The notes below the pieces were generated by a model. It saw only the letters and a list, made by a program, of their open reading frames with translations, made no database searches and was not told the origin of the DNA. From Lama guanicoe (taxonomy: Eukaryota), in the NCBI GenBank assembly GCA_013239625.1, contig MU054187.1:1673964-1737963 (forward strand): 64,000 nucleotides of DNA. Direction: 5' to 3'. Below are positions 48,061 through 61,510 of this stretch, piece after piece (within the stretch, counting starts at the first letter, position 1; every line of letters begins with the position of its first letter). The translations under genes were made by a program, and so were the position numbers.

Positions 48061-48455
48061 TGTGAATGAAAAACATGGCAGCCGTAACAGTGAACAAAGG
48101 AAGCTGCGGCCAGCAAGCCATCAGCCACTACCGCCCCCGACAGGGAGCAGAGGGCTCAGGATGGGGACGCGCAGGCAGCCTGGCCTCTGCCGTCCCTGCC
48201 ACGGTGGCCTCGCAGGGGACGCAGGGTGGGGAAGAACAGGGCACCGGCTCCAGACAGCTGGGTGCATATCGAAGGAACGATTTCAATGACCCCAGACCTT
48301 TGCAGCTTCCCATACGTAGAAAAGCATTAAATTGCCATCTGGGACAGTCTCTCTGAGTGACCTGAGGGGCCGCCTTCCAGGTCCCAGTCCTCAGAGAGTC
48401 TGCTGCGTAAGCAGAGCTCTCAGCTTCTAGGCTGCGCGGTTCTCAGGCCACACAG
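48061..48455 (+). mobile_element. Solo ERV LTR, same family as 3452-3900
   Basis: Starts TGTGAATGAAAAACATGGC; 'cagtgaacaaagga', 'gatttcaatgaccccagac...cttcccatacgtagaaaagca'. Confidence 0.7.
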
Positions 48456-50804
48456 CCCACCCGGCAAATCATTTCTGTAAAATGCTCTCAGGCTGGTCTG
48501 CCCAGGGTGTCCCCTTGGAGGCGCCCTCCATCATGACGCCCTCACTGTGGGCCTCCTCCTGGCCCAGGGTCTCCCGGGTGGGCTCCCTCCCCTCTGCTCC
48601 CTGCCCTTCCTCACCTTGAACATGGCCCAGGCCGTTCTGCCCATGACATGGGTCACGGCTCCCTGTGCTCCGGGACCACTGGCGCTCTCACAGCAGGCAT
48701 GGGTGGGCCCTGAGCCTGTGCGGTGATGCGTGCAGCCCCTCAGCCCAGCCTTAGTCAGAGCCGAGGACGGATGCTCTGACCCGGCGTCTCACCCTCGTCC
48801 GGCTGTGAGGTCGTCCAGGCCATCCTGGCCCCTCCCCGCCCCTCGGTTTCCTCATCCCCAGAAGAGGGATCGGGACCTATCACCTCCGGTTAGTCTCCAT
48901 CGCGAGACTCAGCCCACGTCGCTGCTGATCCACGGGCTGAGCGGCTCGGACGGCCAGGCCAGCCCTCAGATCGCAGGCTGCTTCCTCACTCCAGCACAGG
49001 TTAAGGTCCTCTGAAGGCTGTTGCGTCTGTTTTGAACACGGGGGTGCTGATGTTGGTTGACGCCCGGAAACCTGCGGACCAGCTGGCCCTGGCGCCCTGG
49101 CACCGCTGACGGTGCTCGCAGGAGGGGCTTCTGCCGGCGAGGCCGGTTTTAATCAAGCTGCATCGGAAATGCAGTTCACCCCTCCTGGGCGGAAAAGAGT
49201 GAGTCCCCACTGGGTGGACGTGCAGCGCTGTAACGCCGAGCTCTTTAAACGCTTTCAACGGGAGGTAAAACTCTTTCATCCAACGACCTTGCATCAGGGG
49301 CCCCTTGCCCATCCCCGTCCTAAAGCCACGTGGTGACTGAGATGGCTTAGAGCTGAGTGGGGAAGCCAGCAACATGACATTGTGTGACAGTGTGGCCAGT
49401 GTCCCCACAGAAGCCCTAAAGGAGTCCATGGAGGGGAAAGGACACGAGTGACCGGGGTGAGGGAGGGACAGTCACGAGGAAGTTGAATTTGTAGCTGTGG
49501 CTTTTAGTCCTTTGTTTTGGTTCTTGGCAGTGAAAAGGGTGTGGGGAGGAAGTCGGAGCTAGAGTGTAGAGTTACCATCAGTACAGACTCCCCTTTTCCT
49601 CGCCCCTCTCCCCAGGCAGGAGTGCCTGTTGGCTGGGACCGGGCGATAAACCCCGTGGAAAGCATGGCCTCCCTGCAGCGTACGTCCCGGCGTCTTGGCG
49701 GCGGGAGAGCCGGGGTGGCAGGGTCTCAGACAGAAACGAGAAAGCTGCAGCCATGGTGGCTCGCGAGCCACAGCCCATCCTGCTGGATCCAGGGGATTTT
49801 TGTTACCACAGTTGACGTTTGAGTGGTGATAACTGTGTGCACTTGGCCGTTCCTCCAGTTTGCAGCCAGTGGGGAAGTCAATGCAGAAATCAGACAGGTG
49901 GTCAAAATTCCATCTTCTGTCCAAGGGATGAGTGAAGGTGTGAGACTGCAGATGGGGTCTGGCCAGTAATCCCACGCCCTCTCCCTCCCGCCTTCTCTCC
50001 ACCCCCTGAACTGACTTGACTCTGCCACCCCCAGGCCGCAGGACCTCCCCTGCAGGCTGGAGGGACGGCTAAACGAGGGAGCACAGGCTGCTCCTGTGGG
50101 AGGGGACGGGCTGAGCCCTGCCAACAGCTCGGTCCCCTCGGGACTTGCCAGCCAGAGAAGCCACGCCTCCCCGGGGGTATGGGACGGACTGAGGACAGGG
50201 CCAGGGGTGTCCCTCCGGTGAACGTGCCCCAGGGAAGCAGCCGAGGCATGGAGAACATCGTCTACGACAGGCTTGTGGCTCAACATGGAAGCAGGAAATC
50301 GGAAGTTTGATGTTTTCTCCATCAGCCTCGCTCCGGCGTTCAGGACACAGGTGCCCTGACATCCAGGCTCGCCCGCGTCCCTCCAGATACACGTCACTTG
50401 TACCAGCAGGGAGTCACACACCCTTTTTGCTCCAGGACAGTGTTGTTCTGAGCTGACGAGCCCCTTCTGTTTCCAGCCCTCGCCCTGCCCAGCCGTGTAG
50501 TCGAGTGTAGATCCCCAGACATTGTATAAGCAAAGGAAAGACTAGCCATAAACACAGCCCTACGAAGCCAGCAAAATCAGCATGCTCCTAATTTGACCCT
50601 TAGACCTTCCTGTACGTTAGCAGATTTCCAGGGAGAGCGTAGAAGCTGGAAAGAATTCTGCCCAGTTTTCCTTCCTCTTGGCCTCAGCCAGCAAGTCTCC
50701 ACTGTGATCCCTGGCGGCAGCTGTGTCTCAGGCTGCCTCTGCCGACTATGATTTCCTTGGGACCTTGGAAGCCCAACTGACTCGAGATGATGCAAGTCTC
50801 TCAT

Positions 50805-51040
50805 TGCTTCACCACCCTGGCAACCGCTGGTCTTTCTACTGTCTCCATAGTAACGCCTTTCCCAGATGTCACATGGTTGAAATCAGACAGTGTGTAGCCT
50901 TTTCAGATTGGCTTCTTTCACCTGGTAATATGCAGGTGAGTTTCCTCCATGGCTTTTCAAGGCTGGATGGCTTATTTCTTTTTCAGTGCTGAGTAATATT
51001 CCATTGGTTGGTTGTACCATAGTTTGTTTATCCATTGATG
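50805..51040 (-). mobile_element. L1MB-type 3' fragment
   Basis: 'ccctggcaaccgctggtctttctactgtctccatag...gccttttcagattggcttctttcac...taatattccattg..tgtaccatagtttgtttatccatt'. Confidence 0.85.
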
Positions 51041-51049
51041 TACTGGTTT

Positions 51050-51160
51050 TATATCCATTTTACAGTTAAGAAAGATGGGCACAGAGGACTAATGACTTAC
51101 CCAATGCCAGGTATTTGGCAGGAGGGAGAGGACGGGTTTGGATCGAGGAAGCCTGCCTGC
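51050..51160. mobile_element. MIR fragment
   Basis: 'ccattttacagttaagaaa...gcacagagg..aatgacttacccaa'. Confidence 0.6.
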
Positions 51161-52542
51161 CGCTAACACGTTCATCACCAACGGAAGCATGCTGAGTTCC
51201 CCTACCCACTTTAGAAGCATGTCTATTCTTTCCCCCAACAAATATTTACTAAGTGCTCAGAACGCTTCTCGACATAAACTGGTCTTCTGAGCCTAGTTTT
51301 CTCTTACAAAATAACTCATATATACTCGTTCAAAATTATAGTCTCAACCACCTGAAAACCCCACATAAAGTCTTTCAAGCTAATGAAGGTTCCCTGAGAC
51401 GTTACAGTGAATTTCACAAAAGACACCGCATATCCGGTTGGCACAGTGACGGCCAGGCTCCTGCGGGATTTCCCTTGTGCTTACCTGAGGCTCTGCCCCC
51501 TGAGGATGGAGGGTTAGCAGGAGGACAACCAGAGGCGGAATTTCGGCATTTCTACTTAGGAGCTGTTTGCCAATAAGAAGTAACTGCCCCGAACCTCAGT
51601 TTCCTTAAAAGAAGGGGAAATCACATGCCTCCCAGGCTGCGAGGCTGGAGTGAATGGGTGAGAGCAGCTGCCTGGTGGGAAGGCGCCCCCCAGAGGCTGA
51701 GCGCGTGGCTCCCACGGCATCACTGCCTGGACCGTCCTGGCCTGCTTCCTGACTAGAGCTGGCCACTGGGCCGCAGCCGCTGCTGGAGCACCGGGGACTC
51801 AAGAATCCTCAGGCAGCAGCGGTCCTATGGCAATAAGTTGCCTGGCCACAGGGATGCGACGCCCAGGATAGAACACAATTTCCATAAACATGTTTTGCAT
51901 AAAATTCCATTTCCTCCATTCATGAGAATAAAAATGACAGAATATACTTCTTATTTGTGTATGGAAGACTGGACTCATCCCACTAAATGTGAGCTCTTCT
52001 AGAGAGAACAGCATCAAAGTGAGGCCAAGCTGCCCTTCCTCACTGCCCCACAGGGCTGCGCCCGTGCCCGGAGGCAGACCCTCCCCATGGGGATGCGCCT
52101 CTGCCCAAAGGTGGGCGTGGAGGACCAGCGTTGGAGGCAGGGCCGCGCTGGGTCCCACCTACGGCTCTGAGCGTGGATGCTCCACCCACATTCGCCTTCC
52201 TTTCGGGTCGCAGGGACGCTTGCTGTCCCCAGAGCGGGGGTTCCATCATGGCAGATGCCACAGCCACTTCAGAAATGCTGGGGACACGCTGAGCCAGGTT
52301 TGGCAGCTTCAGGGACTTAAGGTGAATGCTCTCTTTTCAGCTGAATAGCCAATAATTGATTTCTCTGTCTGCAGATATTCAGCAGATTCTTTGATTCAGC
52401 GGTGCTGGTTAACATTTCATCAGAACTGAAAACGAGGATGGGGACCATCCCCATGAAGTAAAACTCACGGGCTCCCTCCAGAGCGTGGCCCCCAAAGCAC
52501 GAGCCTTGGCCCATGGCTGAGCCTGCAGCTTTGAGACGCGCC

Positions 52543-52935
52543 GTGTAACCGTTCGGGGCTGAATCCTGTCCCCGAAACACGGGCTGAACCCCTAGCCCCC
52601 AGGCCGGAAGGGTGCAACAGTACTTGGAGGCAGGGTCTTTGACGACATCCTGAAGGTACCATTGGGTCATTCAGGTGGGCCCTATCCAGCCTGACCGGTG
52701 TCCTTGTGGGAAGAGGTCAGGACACAGACAGCACCCAGGTACCCACAGCGGGGAGGCCACACGGGGACACGGGAGAAGACGGCCGTCCACACGCCACGGA
52801 GAGGCTTCCGGAGAAAGTGAACCTGCTCACGCCTTGACCTCTGACCTCCAGCCTCCAGAACCGTGAGAAGTAAGTGTGTGTATCCGCGTCACCCAGGTCC
52901 CCACATCTTGTTGTGTCAGCCCTGCGGCGCTAATG
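52543..52935 (+). mobile_element. MLT1B-type MaLR LTR
   Basis: 'gggctgaatcctgtcccc...ttggaggcagggtcttt...gtgggccctatcc...ggagaagacggccgtc...cctgctcacgccttgacctctgacctccagcctccagaaccgtgaga'. Confidence 0.8.
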
Positions 52936-54975
52936 GAGCAGCACATACGTTCGAGTTTTCACTTTCGTTCTGAGTTAACAAAAGGAAGTGAATGATTTTA
53001 CCTTCCTCTCTCTCTCTCTCTCTTTTTATTTTTTCCGGGAAACTAAGGAGAGAATGTGTCAGGCCTGTCTTCAAATCCTTTTCTCCTGCAGAGCGTTGTC
53101 TTTTGTGAGAACAGTAACAGCTCGGTCATAGTTCTGGGTCAGTTCCAAGGCTGGAAAGAAAGCACGGTGATTCACCCACAATTCTTTGGAAAAATAAACA
53201 TACATCCTACTAGACCAGAGAGTGAAGCCGTTTCGTCGTTGCAAGGACAGATTCCAACTTATTGAAGCAAAACACTCGTCCACAGAGGGAGCGTTTTAAA
53301 ATCGATGAAATATTTTCCAAGGTGAAAAAACCCAGCGTTCACAAGTGGGCACGTGAGTCCGCGTTGCTCAGACTTCTGCCGTGTTTCTGACACGGCTGAC
53401 TGACAAGCAGTTTTCACAGGCATGAGCATGCTTACCTCAGCTTCAGGCCAGATTACAGTCAGGACTGGCTGTGCTTCAGACTCGGGCTTCCCGCTGGAAT
53501 GTGCACGTCCCCGGGTCCTGCAACAGCGCTCTGTCCACACAGCAGCTGCTGACCGTGTCCAGGGCCCCTCTGGGTTCAGAAAAGCCTGAAAGCGGCCAAC
53601 GGGCAGTGACTGCTTCCCATGTTCATGTTACAATGTCCCGTGAATTCGTAAAAGCAACCAGATGCTGCCGTCACTCATTGTCTCCATGGCTCATGAGTGA
53701 CAAAAGATGCCTAAAATTTTAAAGGTAATTGACAGCAAAACCCTACAAGCGACTCTTACTGTACATTCACCTGTGAATGTCGGAGATACGGGTTCTGCAT
53801 AGATGGCTTTTAGAGGGGTTTTTTTGGAGGCAGTGTTTTGATTGCTTGCTTTTGAACAAGAGAAAATAAAACACGCCGTAGCTGACAGCATGAAGGACAT
53901 GAAGACTTCAGCTGGTCTGAGGCCCAGGAGAAGGAGGAAGGAACAGCTCAGCCAAGGATGTGACCTGAACTTTGGAGTCTAATTTTTGCCCAGGTGTGTC
54001 TTTCAGACTCCTTGTCGTGTCATTAAAATAAAGGTCAGGGAGCACACGAGATGAATGTGAAGGCGTCTGAGAACAAAACGTGTCTATTTTGTTCAGCTGG
54101 ATTCGGGGTATGTGAGTGCTTAAAAAATTATCCTTGAAGTTTTTTCCTGAAATATTGCATAATAACAAAAGTAAAAATGAAGAGAAATGTCTTCTCAGTG
54201 TTTTTTTTTTTAATTTCCTTCTTTTGTGGATGATGGCCCGTAGTCCACCCCTCTGTGTGTACTGGGCCCCCGTGGCTGGACAAGCAGAAGGAAGCCTGCG
54301 AGCCAGTCCTCGGGGCCGTTAGAAGGGCTGAGAGGGTCTGCATCCCTCAGGACCAGCCTGGGCCAGTGGTACCCATGGCTTTCCTTCTGTTCGGGCTGCC
54401 ATGTAAAAATGCACTTGGACACTTTCAGGGTAGGGAGTCAAAATGGTTTTTTGATGGTTGGGGATCTCATAATTTCTCAGGAAGCTCTTGTGAGGTTTTA
54501 GAGGTTTGGAAGAGCGAATCCTCTGGTACTGGGGTGGGAGAAGCAGAAAAGCCTCAGCCAGGAAGCTCCCATCACCGTCGCTCGTCAAGGCGGGTTACTC
54601 TGTTTAGAATGTTGGAAATGAAAGAGTGTTAGGATGGGAAATGAAAGAGCGGCTTATACATACAGAGAGTGAGAGACATTTGGGCAGAGAAGCCCTGCAT
54701 GGAAAGCCCTGCTCTATTTATGCAAAAATAGTTAAAATGGACTGTTCCACAATTATTAAGAATCTGTTACATACCAGAGACTTCAAACTTCACTGCAGAA
54801 CTTGAACGTAAATAAAAACCTGGTGTCTCTGTTGAGTTGCCCATTCTTTCTGTGTAAGAGTCTCTCTCTTTTAAGCCCAAAGAACTCCCAAGTTGGCTGA
54901 CACGCAGCTCGTGGTGGTCGGGGCCCTGACTCTAGTCCAGCGGGGGCTTGAGAAGTGGATTAGCAGAGTGGTGGA

Positions 54976-55070
54976 GGTTCACTGGTGAGTTCTACCCAAG
55001 GTTTAAAAAATTAATGCTAGTTCTTCATAAACTATCCACCCCCAAAAGAAGTAGAGGGAACATTTCCCAT
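54976..55070 (+). mobile_element. Short L1 ORF2 fragment, inverted relative to the adjacent L1
   Basis: 'ttcactggtgagttctacc...ttcttcataaact...gagggaacatttccca' corresponds to the GFTGEFYQ...EEGTLP region. Confidence 0.75.
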
Positions 55071-57400
55071 GGATACAATGTCTTTCTGTTTATTTAGATA
55101 TTCTTTAATTTCTTTTAATAATGACTTATGGTAAGGTATAACTTTTTCACTTCTTTCATTAAATTTTTTTTACATTTTTTTATTGAGTTGTAGTCAGTTT
55201 ACAATGTTGTGTCGAATTCCAGCGTAGAGCACAATTTTTCAGTTATACATGAACATACATATATTCATTGTCACATTTTCTTCTCTGTGAGCTACCACAA
55301 GATCTTGTATATATTTCCCTGCGCTATGCAGTATAATCTTGTTTATCCATTCTGCATATGCCTGTCAGTATCTACAGATTTTGAAATCCCAGTCTGTCTC
55401 TTCCCACCTCCCGCCTCCTTGGCAACCACAAGTTTGTATTCTATGTCTATGAGTCTGTTTCTGTTTTGTATTTATGTTCTTTTTCTTTTTTTTTTTTTTT
55501 TAGATTCCACACATTAGTGATCTCATATGGTATTTTTCTTTCTCTTTCTGGCTTACTTCACTTAGAATGACATTCTCCAGGAGCATCCATGTTGCTGTAA
55601 ATGGCATTATGTTGTCGGTTTTTATGGCTGAGTAGTATTTCATTGTATAAATATACCACCTCTTCTTTATCCAGTCATCTGTTGATGTACATTTCCATGT
55701 CTTGGCTATTGTAAATAATGCTGCTGTGAACACTGGGGTGCAGGTGTCATCCTGAAGTAGGGTTCCTTCTGGATATATGCCCAGGAGCAGGATTCCTAGG
55801 TCATATGGTAAGTCTGTTCCTATTCTTTCGAGGAATCTCCATACTATTTTCCACAGTGGCCGCACCAAACTGCATTCCCACCAGCAGTGTAGGAGGCTTC
55901 CCTTTACTCCACAGCCTCTCCAGTATTTGTCATTTGTGGACTTTTGAATGGTCATTCTGACTGCTGTGAGGTTCTTTTGTTAAATTTATCGCCAAGTATT
56001 TTATTCTTTTTGATGCTATTGTAAATAAAACTGTGTCATGAATTTTATTTTCAGATTGTTCATTGCTAGTGCATAGAAATGCCATTGACTTTTGTATATT
56101 GATCTTGTAGCTTATAATCTTGCTGAACTCATTCTAATAGTCTTAAAGTGTATCACCTTGGAGATCTGTATCTACATAAGTTGATATTCAGATGGTAAAC
56201 CAACATTGTGATATAGGGATAAATCCCACTTGGTCATGGTGTGTGATGTTTTTACGTTTCTGGATTCAGCTTGCTGGTATTTTGTTGGGAAGTTTTGCAT
56301 CTGTGTTCGTAAGATAATTCTGTCTGTAGTTTTCTTTTGACATTTATAGTTTTCTTAGACATCTTTTGGTGTCTTTGTTTTGGGGTGTTGGGGTGATAAC
56401 TGGTCTCAAAGGATGAGTTGGAACATGTTCCCTCCTTTTCTGTTTGGGGTGAGAGTTTATGAAGAATTAGTATTGGTTTTTTGAGCACTTGGTAGAATTC
56501 ACTGGTGAAGCTACCTCAGATTTTCTCTGAGGGTGGTGTTTGAATTACTTTGTCTCTTTGATGGTAGTTTTTAAATGACTGATTCAGTCACCTTACCAGT
56601 TACAGGTCTACTCAGATTTTCTATTTCTTTATGAGTCAGTTTGAATTGTTTTTGTCTGTCTAGAAATTTTTCCATTTTTTCTAAGTTATCTAATTTATTG
56701 ATAAAATTGTTCATGCTATTCTTTAATAATTCTCTTTTATTTTTGTAAGGTTAGAAGTAATATCCTCTCTTTCATTTCTGATTCAGTATTTCTGTATTTT
56801 TGAATTTGCAGTGTGTCCCCTGTAGGCAGTATGTCGTTGAATCTTTTTATAAAACCTAGTCTGACAATCTCTGCCTTTTGATTAGGTAATTTATTTCATT
56901 TACACTTAATGTAACTGTTAGTACAGTTGATTTGTGTACTGTTTTACTATTTTAAACGTCTCATGTCATTTCTGTTCTGCTACTGCTACTCAGCTGCTTT
57001 CTTTTGTGTTAAGCGAATATTTTCTAGTGTAACATTTTGGTCTTTTAAATGATTTTTTTTCTGTTTTTTGAGTTGTTCCCTTAGCATTACTCTAGGGCTT
57101 ACAATATACATCTTAATTTGCAAGAATCAGCTTCAGCTTTATACTAACTTAATTGCAAAGAGATACAGAAATGTTACTGCTATGTTTTTTTTTCCTGCTT
57201 TCTGTGTTATTATTGTTGTACACGTAACGACTATGAAAGTTACAAACTCAACAATACATTGATATAAATGGTATAAAATACACAATTTTATATTTTTTAA
57301 AGACTCGGAGACAGGAGAGTCAGTGTATACTTATAACTTTTGTTATATTACTCTTAATTTTTTTTGCTTATTGCTGATTATCTTCATTTGCTCCTACGGC
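55071..57400 (-). mobile_element. Older, fragmented L1 ORF2 hosting a younger L1
   Basis: Antisense L1 text, e.g. 'tcagattgttcattgctagtgcatagaaat', 'ggataaatcccacttggtcatggt', 'gtctgacaatctctgcctttt'. Confidence 0.8.
55165..55971 (-). mobile_element. Younger 5'-truncated L1 (ORF2 C-terminus plus 3' UTR)
   Basis: ORF 55500-55955 contains LLHCWWECSLVRPLWK...LLGIYP...ALFTIAKTWK...YYSAIK...ILSEVSQ; T tail on the left; imperfect TSD ttctttcattaaattt / ttcttttgttaaattt. Confidence 0.95.
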
Positions 57401-57419
57401 TTTGAATCACCCTCTGGGA

Positions 57420-57585
57420 TTAAGGCTGCCATCTACAAGCCAGGGAGAGAGGCTTCAGAGAAACCAGCCCTGCCGGCACTTGCTGCTGGGCTTCCAGCTC
57501 CCAGAATCGTGGGAAAATACATTTTTGTTGTTTAAGCCCCCCAGGCTGTGGTGTTTTGTTATGGCAGCTGGGCTGACTAATACTA
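57420..57585 (+). mobile_element. MLT1-type LTR 3' part
   Basis: 'gccatctacaagccagggagagaggcttcagagaaacc...cttccagctcccagaa...tttaagccccccaggctgtggtgttttgttatggcagc...gactaatac'. Confidence 0.8.
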
Positions 57586-59664
57586 TAACTGTGATAACTT
57601 CACTTCTGCATTAATCTTTTTTTCCTCCGAAAAGTTTGAGCCAACACCTTCCTATCCCCTCCTATTGCCACTAAAAAATCCAAACAAAATTAGACAAATT
57701 CTGGCTTTTTTTTCCCCCAGCCTGAGATGGAAGTGGTGAGAGACATTGCCACTTTTGGATGGTTTTCTGCACACTTTTGGGCGAACTCCCAAAAGAACCA
57801 AGCGCCATGAATGCACTTTTCTGGTACGACATGATTTTGGAGGGTCTGTGACTCACCCTCTCCCTGCAGTACCACACCCTGCTCCTGCGGGCTGAGAAGC
57901 AGGACTGTGAGCCCCTCAGAAAGCCTTAGCATCCTCTGTCTTTCTTCTCTATCCTTCTCTTTCCAAATATGATAGATTGTGTGAAGTCGCACCCCTCCCC
58001 TTGTGGGACGGCTCCTGTGTCGTTCACATGGCTTTTAAGCTTTGTTATCATTTGTTTTGTTCAGTTGCAGAAAACAAGATGTTGCCTTCTGGCTCCGTTC
58101 TGCCTTGATTCCATGTTTCCTTCTGCCCTCTTGCTTCAGAGGAGCCTCTCAAATAAAACAAAGATGCCACAACATGGGCTCCCACCAGCCCACGTCTCGA
58201 GTCCATCCTAGGAGGCCTTGACTCTACCTGAGACGAACCTAGACTGTCCTCAGACGAGGCTCTGCGTCCCTGGCAGTGGTCTGGGGTAAGGGTCACCAGA
58301 CCCCTCCTTCCCACTGTACAGTGTGATACTGAGAAAGGCGTCACCTAGGAGAACTCAGTTCTGAGGGGCACCCGTCACATGATCTGCTCCTCAAGACTTA
58401 CGTTTCATAATTGGAATTAATAGTCCAGGGGTGGACTTGATGCTAAACAGCACAACTGTACCATCGGTTCCAACACCAGAGTTTGGGGGATTTCTACGTG
58501 GTTTATGGAAAGGTTATTTTAAGAGGTGCCGTTTACAGTGAAGCCCTCTGACAGCGCCTCTTTACTGAACCAATTTGATATTTATAAATGCCTGGGGGAG
58601 GAGGAAGGAGCTACTGAAACTGCATCACCGCCTTCAGGAAAATTTTAAAAGGGCTTGTTGAATATTAACGTCGTGTACAATGACTTTTGAGCTCTTGCCA
58701 AGAGTGCCAGGGTAACCAGGGTAGGAAGGTCCCAGTGTGCCTGAAAATTATTTTAGCGTACAGAGCCCGACCCAAGCTGCTGTTTGTAGATTTAAACTTG
58801 CGGGCAGATGCTGTAAGAGGAGCAGAGCACTGGCAGCAGTTTGCAAATCGGCATCAGAGGGAAGCCCCGGGCTGAGAGCACGTGAACGCACCTGAGATCA
58901 CAGGCCCAGGGGAGATATTCAAAAGGACAAGGTGCTTCGGGGCCTGCACCGCAGGCGAGCTCACAAGCGGCTGCAGGAAAAAGGGAGACAGGAGACTTTT
59001 CCCTAAAAAACACGTTCCCCTAGACTAAGAGCCCTCCATTAGGAAATGTGTTACGCATCTTCCCTTGTGTTTTAAATAGTTCTTTTTCCCCTGAGCATGC
59101 TCTCGTGTCATCGTCCTTTCATGCTTAATGGGATGTTTTTGTATTAAAATTATACAATAACGCAAATGATTATTAGACTGGAAGAAGATGGCATAACCTT
59201 TGGACTATACATACGCAAAGCTTGAATTCAAAACTGAACTGGAGCTACTGCATCTTTGTTAATTACCTTCTGGATTCTGCACACAGGGTTTACACAGGGT
59301 TTGCACAGGGACCGCGCAATGCCAGTTTTCTCTGAAGTCCTGCCATCCACGGGCTAATTCATGCAGCAAGAATTTATTCTAGCATTAATTAAAAAACAAT
59401 CATCACGAAGAATCTTTCTATTCATGAAAGAGAAAATAGAGTGCATTCTTTGTAGAGTTATGTAAATTTCCCAACGCTGTCCCTGCAATGAATAGATGAA
59501 TATAAATTTTAGTGCCGGTAATTAAGCACAATTATTTTCATTAGGAATATTTTGTTTTCATGGAAGTCATAGACGAAACTAAAGAAAAATTGAATAGGAT
59601 CTTGATAAATGTCACAATATTATATCCAACCAACACAAAATGTAGTATCAATAGTGATACATTG

Positions 59665-59795
59665 TATTTTTATTCCCACTTCACAGAAAAAGGAAGTAGA
59701 TTGCATAGAGGTTTGGCAGCACCCAAAATCACACACAGAATAATCAGCAAAGCCCAGGTTTCGCCCCACGTTTGTCTGATCTCAAAGTTCACGCT
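59665..59795. mobile_element. MIR fragment
   Basis: 'tattcccacttcacagaaaaaggaa...agaggtt...cccaaaatcacaca'. Confidence 0.55.
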
Positions 59796-60514
59796 CACGC
59801 CCGATGGGAAAGCAGTTGCCTGAGGCCCTGCCACCTCAGCGGTGGACAGAAGAGCCGCTCTAACATCCACGTGCGTCTGTGACGTGTTCTTTGGGGCTGA
59901 GGCTGGCTGACACCTCACAGTCACCGACGGGTGCCCATCGAACACGCGTGTGCGGCCGCCGTGTCTGCTGTCCTCCCACAGGCAGGGGGCCGGGGAACGC
60001 CCCGCGTAGAAGTTGGTAGTCTCCGTTGTGGGCAGAAGGACTAGAGAATGAGCTTAGTTACTTTAAAGACATGTCACTGTTACTGGTCTGGGAGCCCTGG
60101 ACTCTGACTCAGGTCCTGAGACTGATACCCCGAGCTCTGTCTGCCAATCGCATGAATGGGCAGCATTTGACTTTACTTCTGAAAGAGAAGAGGAACCGGT
60201 TTGCAAAATGAAAGTGACGGGGACCCTGGGGGAGCGTTCAGTGAATCACATCTGTTGTTGGTACAAAACAGGCTCCCCGAAGCTCCGTACAACTGCCCAG
60301 TGTCCCTCCTGCTCTGCGGCCAGGAGGCTCTCGCGCCCCCTGCGGGGTCTTCTGGGGCAGGAGCGCCCAGCGTGTTCTCTTCACTTTTTCTGGTTCCTCA
60401 GCTGAGATGGTTCAACGTCTGGGGGCTGGTGGGCTCCGCTGGACGGGGGTCTCTGGGCGGGCTGGCCTCCTCTGTGGGGTCACAGGGTCTCCCTCTCTCT
60501 CCCCTCTCTTACAC

Positions 60515-60770
60515 ACCCTGAGGAGGGGTTGCTGGAGCCTTCGATCTACAGCCAACTGGACAGAAGCACAGGTGACGACATGGGCGAGTTTGGCACCTGA
60601 AGAGGGAGAGGCAGTCTTGTAGGACCGAGCTCAGCCCGTGGGGTCCGACGCTGTCCCCAGGTAGACGGTGTCAGAGTCGAGCTGAAGTGGAGGACACTCA
60701 GCAGGTGCTGCAGAATCGCCTAGTGGTGGGTTGAAAACTCACACACGTTGGGGCTGGCGTCAGAATCGTT
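60515..60770. mobile_element. MER21-type LTR fragment
   Basis: 'gatctacagcc...cagaagcacaggtgac...gcagtcttgtaggac...ccaggtagacggtgtcagagt...aggacactcagcaggtg'. Confidence 0.7.
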
Positions 60771-61164
60771 CCACATTATACACTCACCCCTATTATGGCT
60801 CCCAAATGTCTCATCCTATCAACCAGAGGGCGCAGGCTTGAGGCCCAGGGTCGCCTTGTCTAAGTTAGGTCCAGGTGCTGGTGAGGCCCCTCTAGGGCCG
60901 GCCTCCCAATCTGATGACCTGTGACCTCAAGGTTCACACAGTCTGTCGCCCCCGACACACACTGACAAGGGAGTGGCCGGAGAACCGGAAAAGAAGGGAA
61001 GAGGAGCGGCTGCTCCAGAGCACTGCTGCAATCCCGACCGCGCACGCTGCTCAGCCCTGCCCTCGGGAGCATCTGTCTGGGGCCCTCGGCTCCTCCCTCC
61101 CAATCATAGTTCTTCATCCTGAGAAGTGGCCTTTGTTTGGAGCAAAATACCTTTCACAGCCTCG

Positions 61165-61510
61165 TGTTGGGGGTTCCCAAGCCCAGCCTGGGTTTCAGTA
61201 GACGGACCTGCAGGGATCAGAAGCTGTTGCACTGATGGTTATGGTTTATTACAGTGAAAGGATACAGAATAAAACAGGAAAGGAAAAGGTGCCTGGAGTG
61301 ACGTCCGGGAGGAAGCGGGTGTGGCCTCCAGGCGTCCTCTGCTGTGAACGCACACGTGCACTGAATCTTCCCGCGACAATGTGTAGCCGCACGTGCACGA
61401 TGTTGGCAGCAGGGGAAGCTCGCCTGAGCCGCGGTGTCCAGGGGGTTTCCTGGGGTCAGTTTTACTGGGGCCGTGAAGGTGCACACCACCTCGATTGCTT
61501 TGGCTACTGA
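61165..61510. mobile_element. MER21/MER77-type LTR fragment
   Basis: 'ggggttcccaag...atggttatggtttattacagtgaaaggatacagaataaaa...ggggaagctcgcctgagcc..ggtgtccaggggg'. Confidence 0.7.

Noticed and set aside
3452..48455. Two same-orientation related LTRs as the ends of one provirus
   Set aside because: About 44.6 kb apart, clearly diverged, and no gag/pol/env between them; independent solo LTRs.
49726..50421. 231-aa minus-strand ORF
   Set aside because: GC-rich, low-information composition, non-ATG start, no recognisable homology or splice context.
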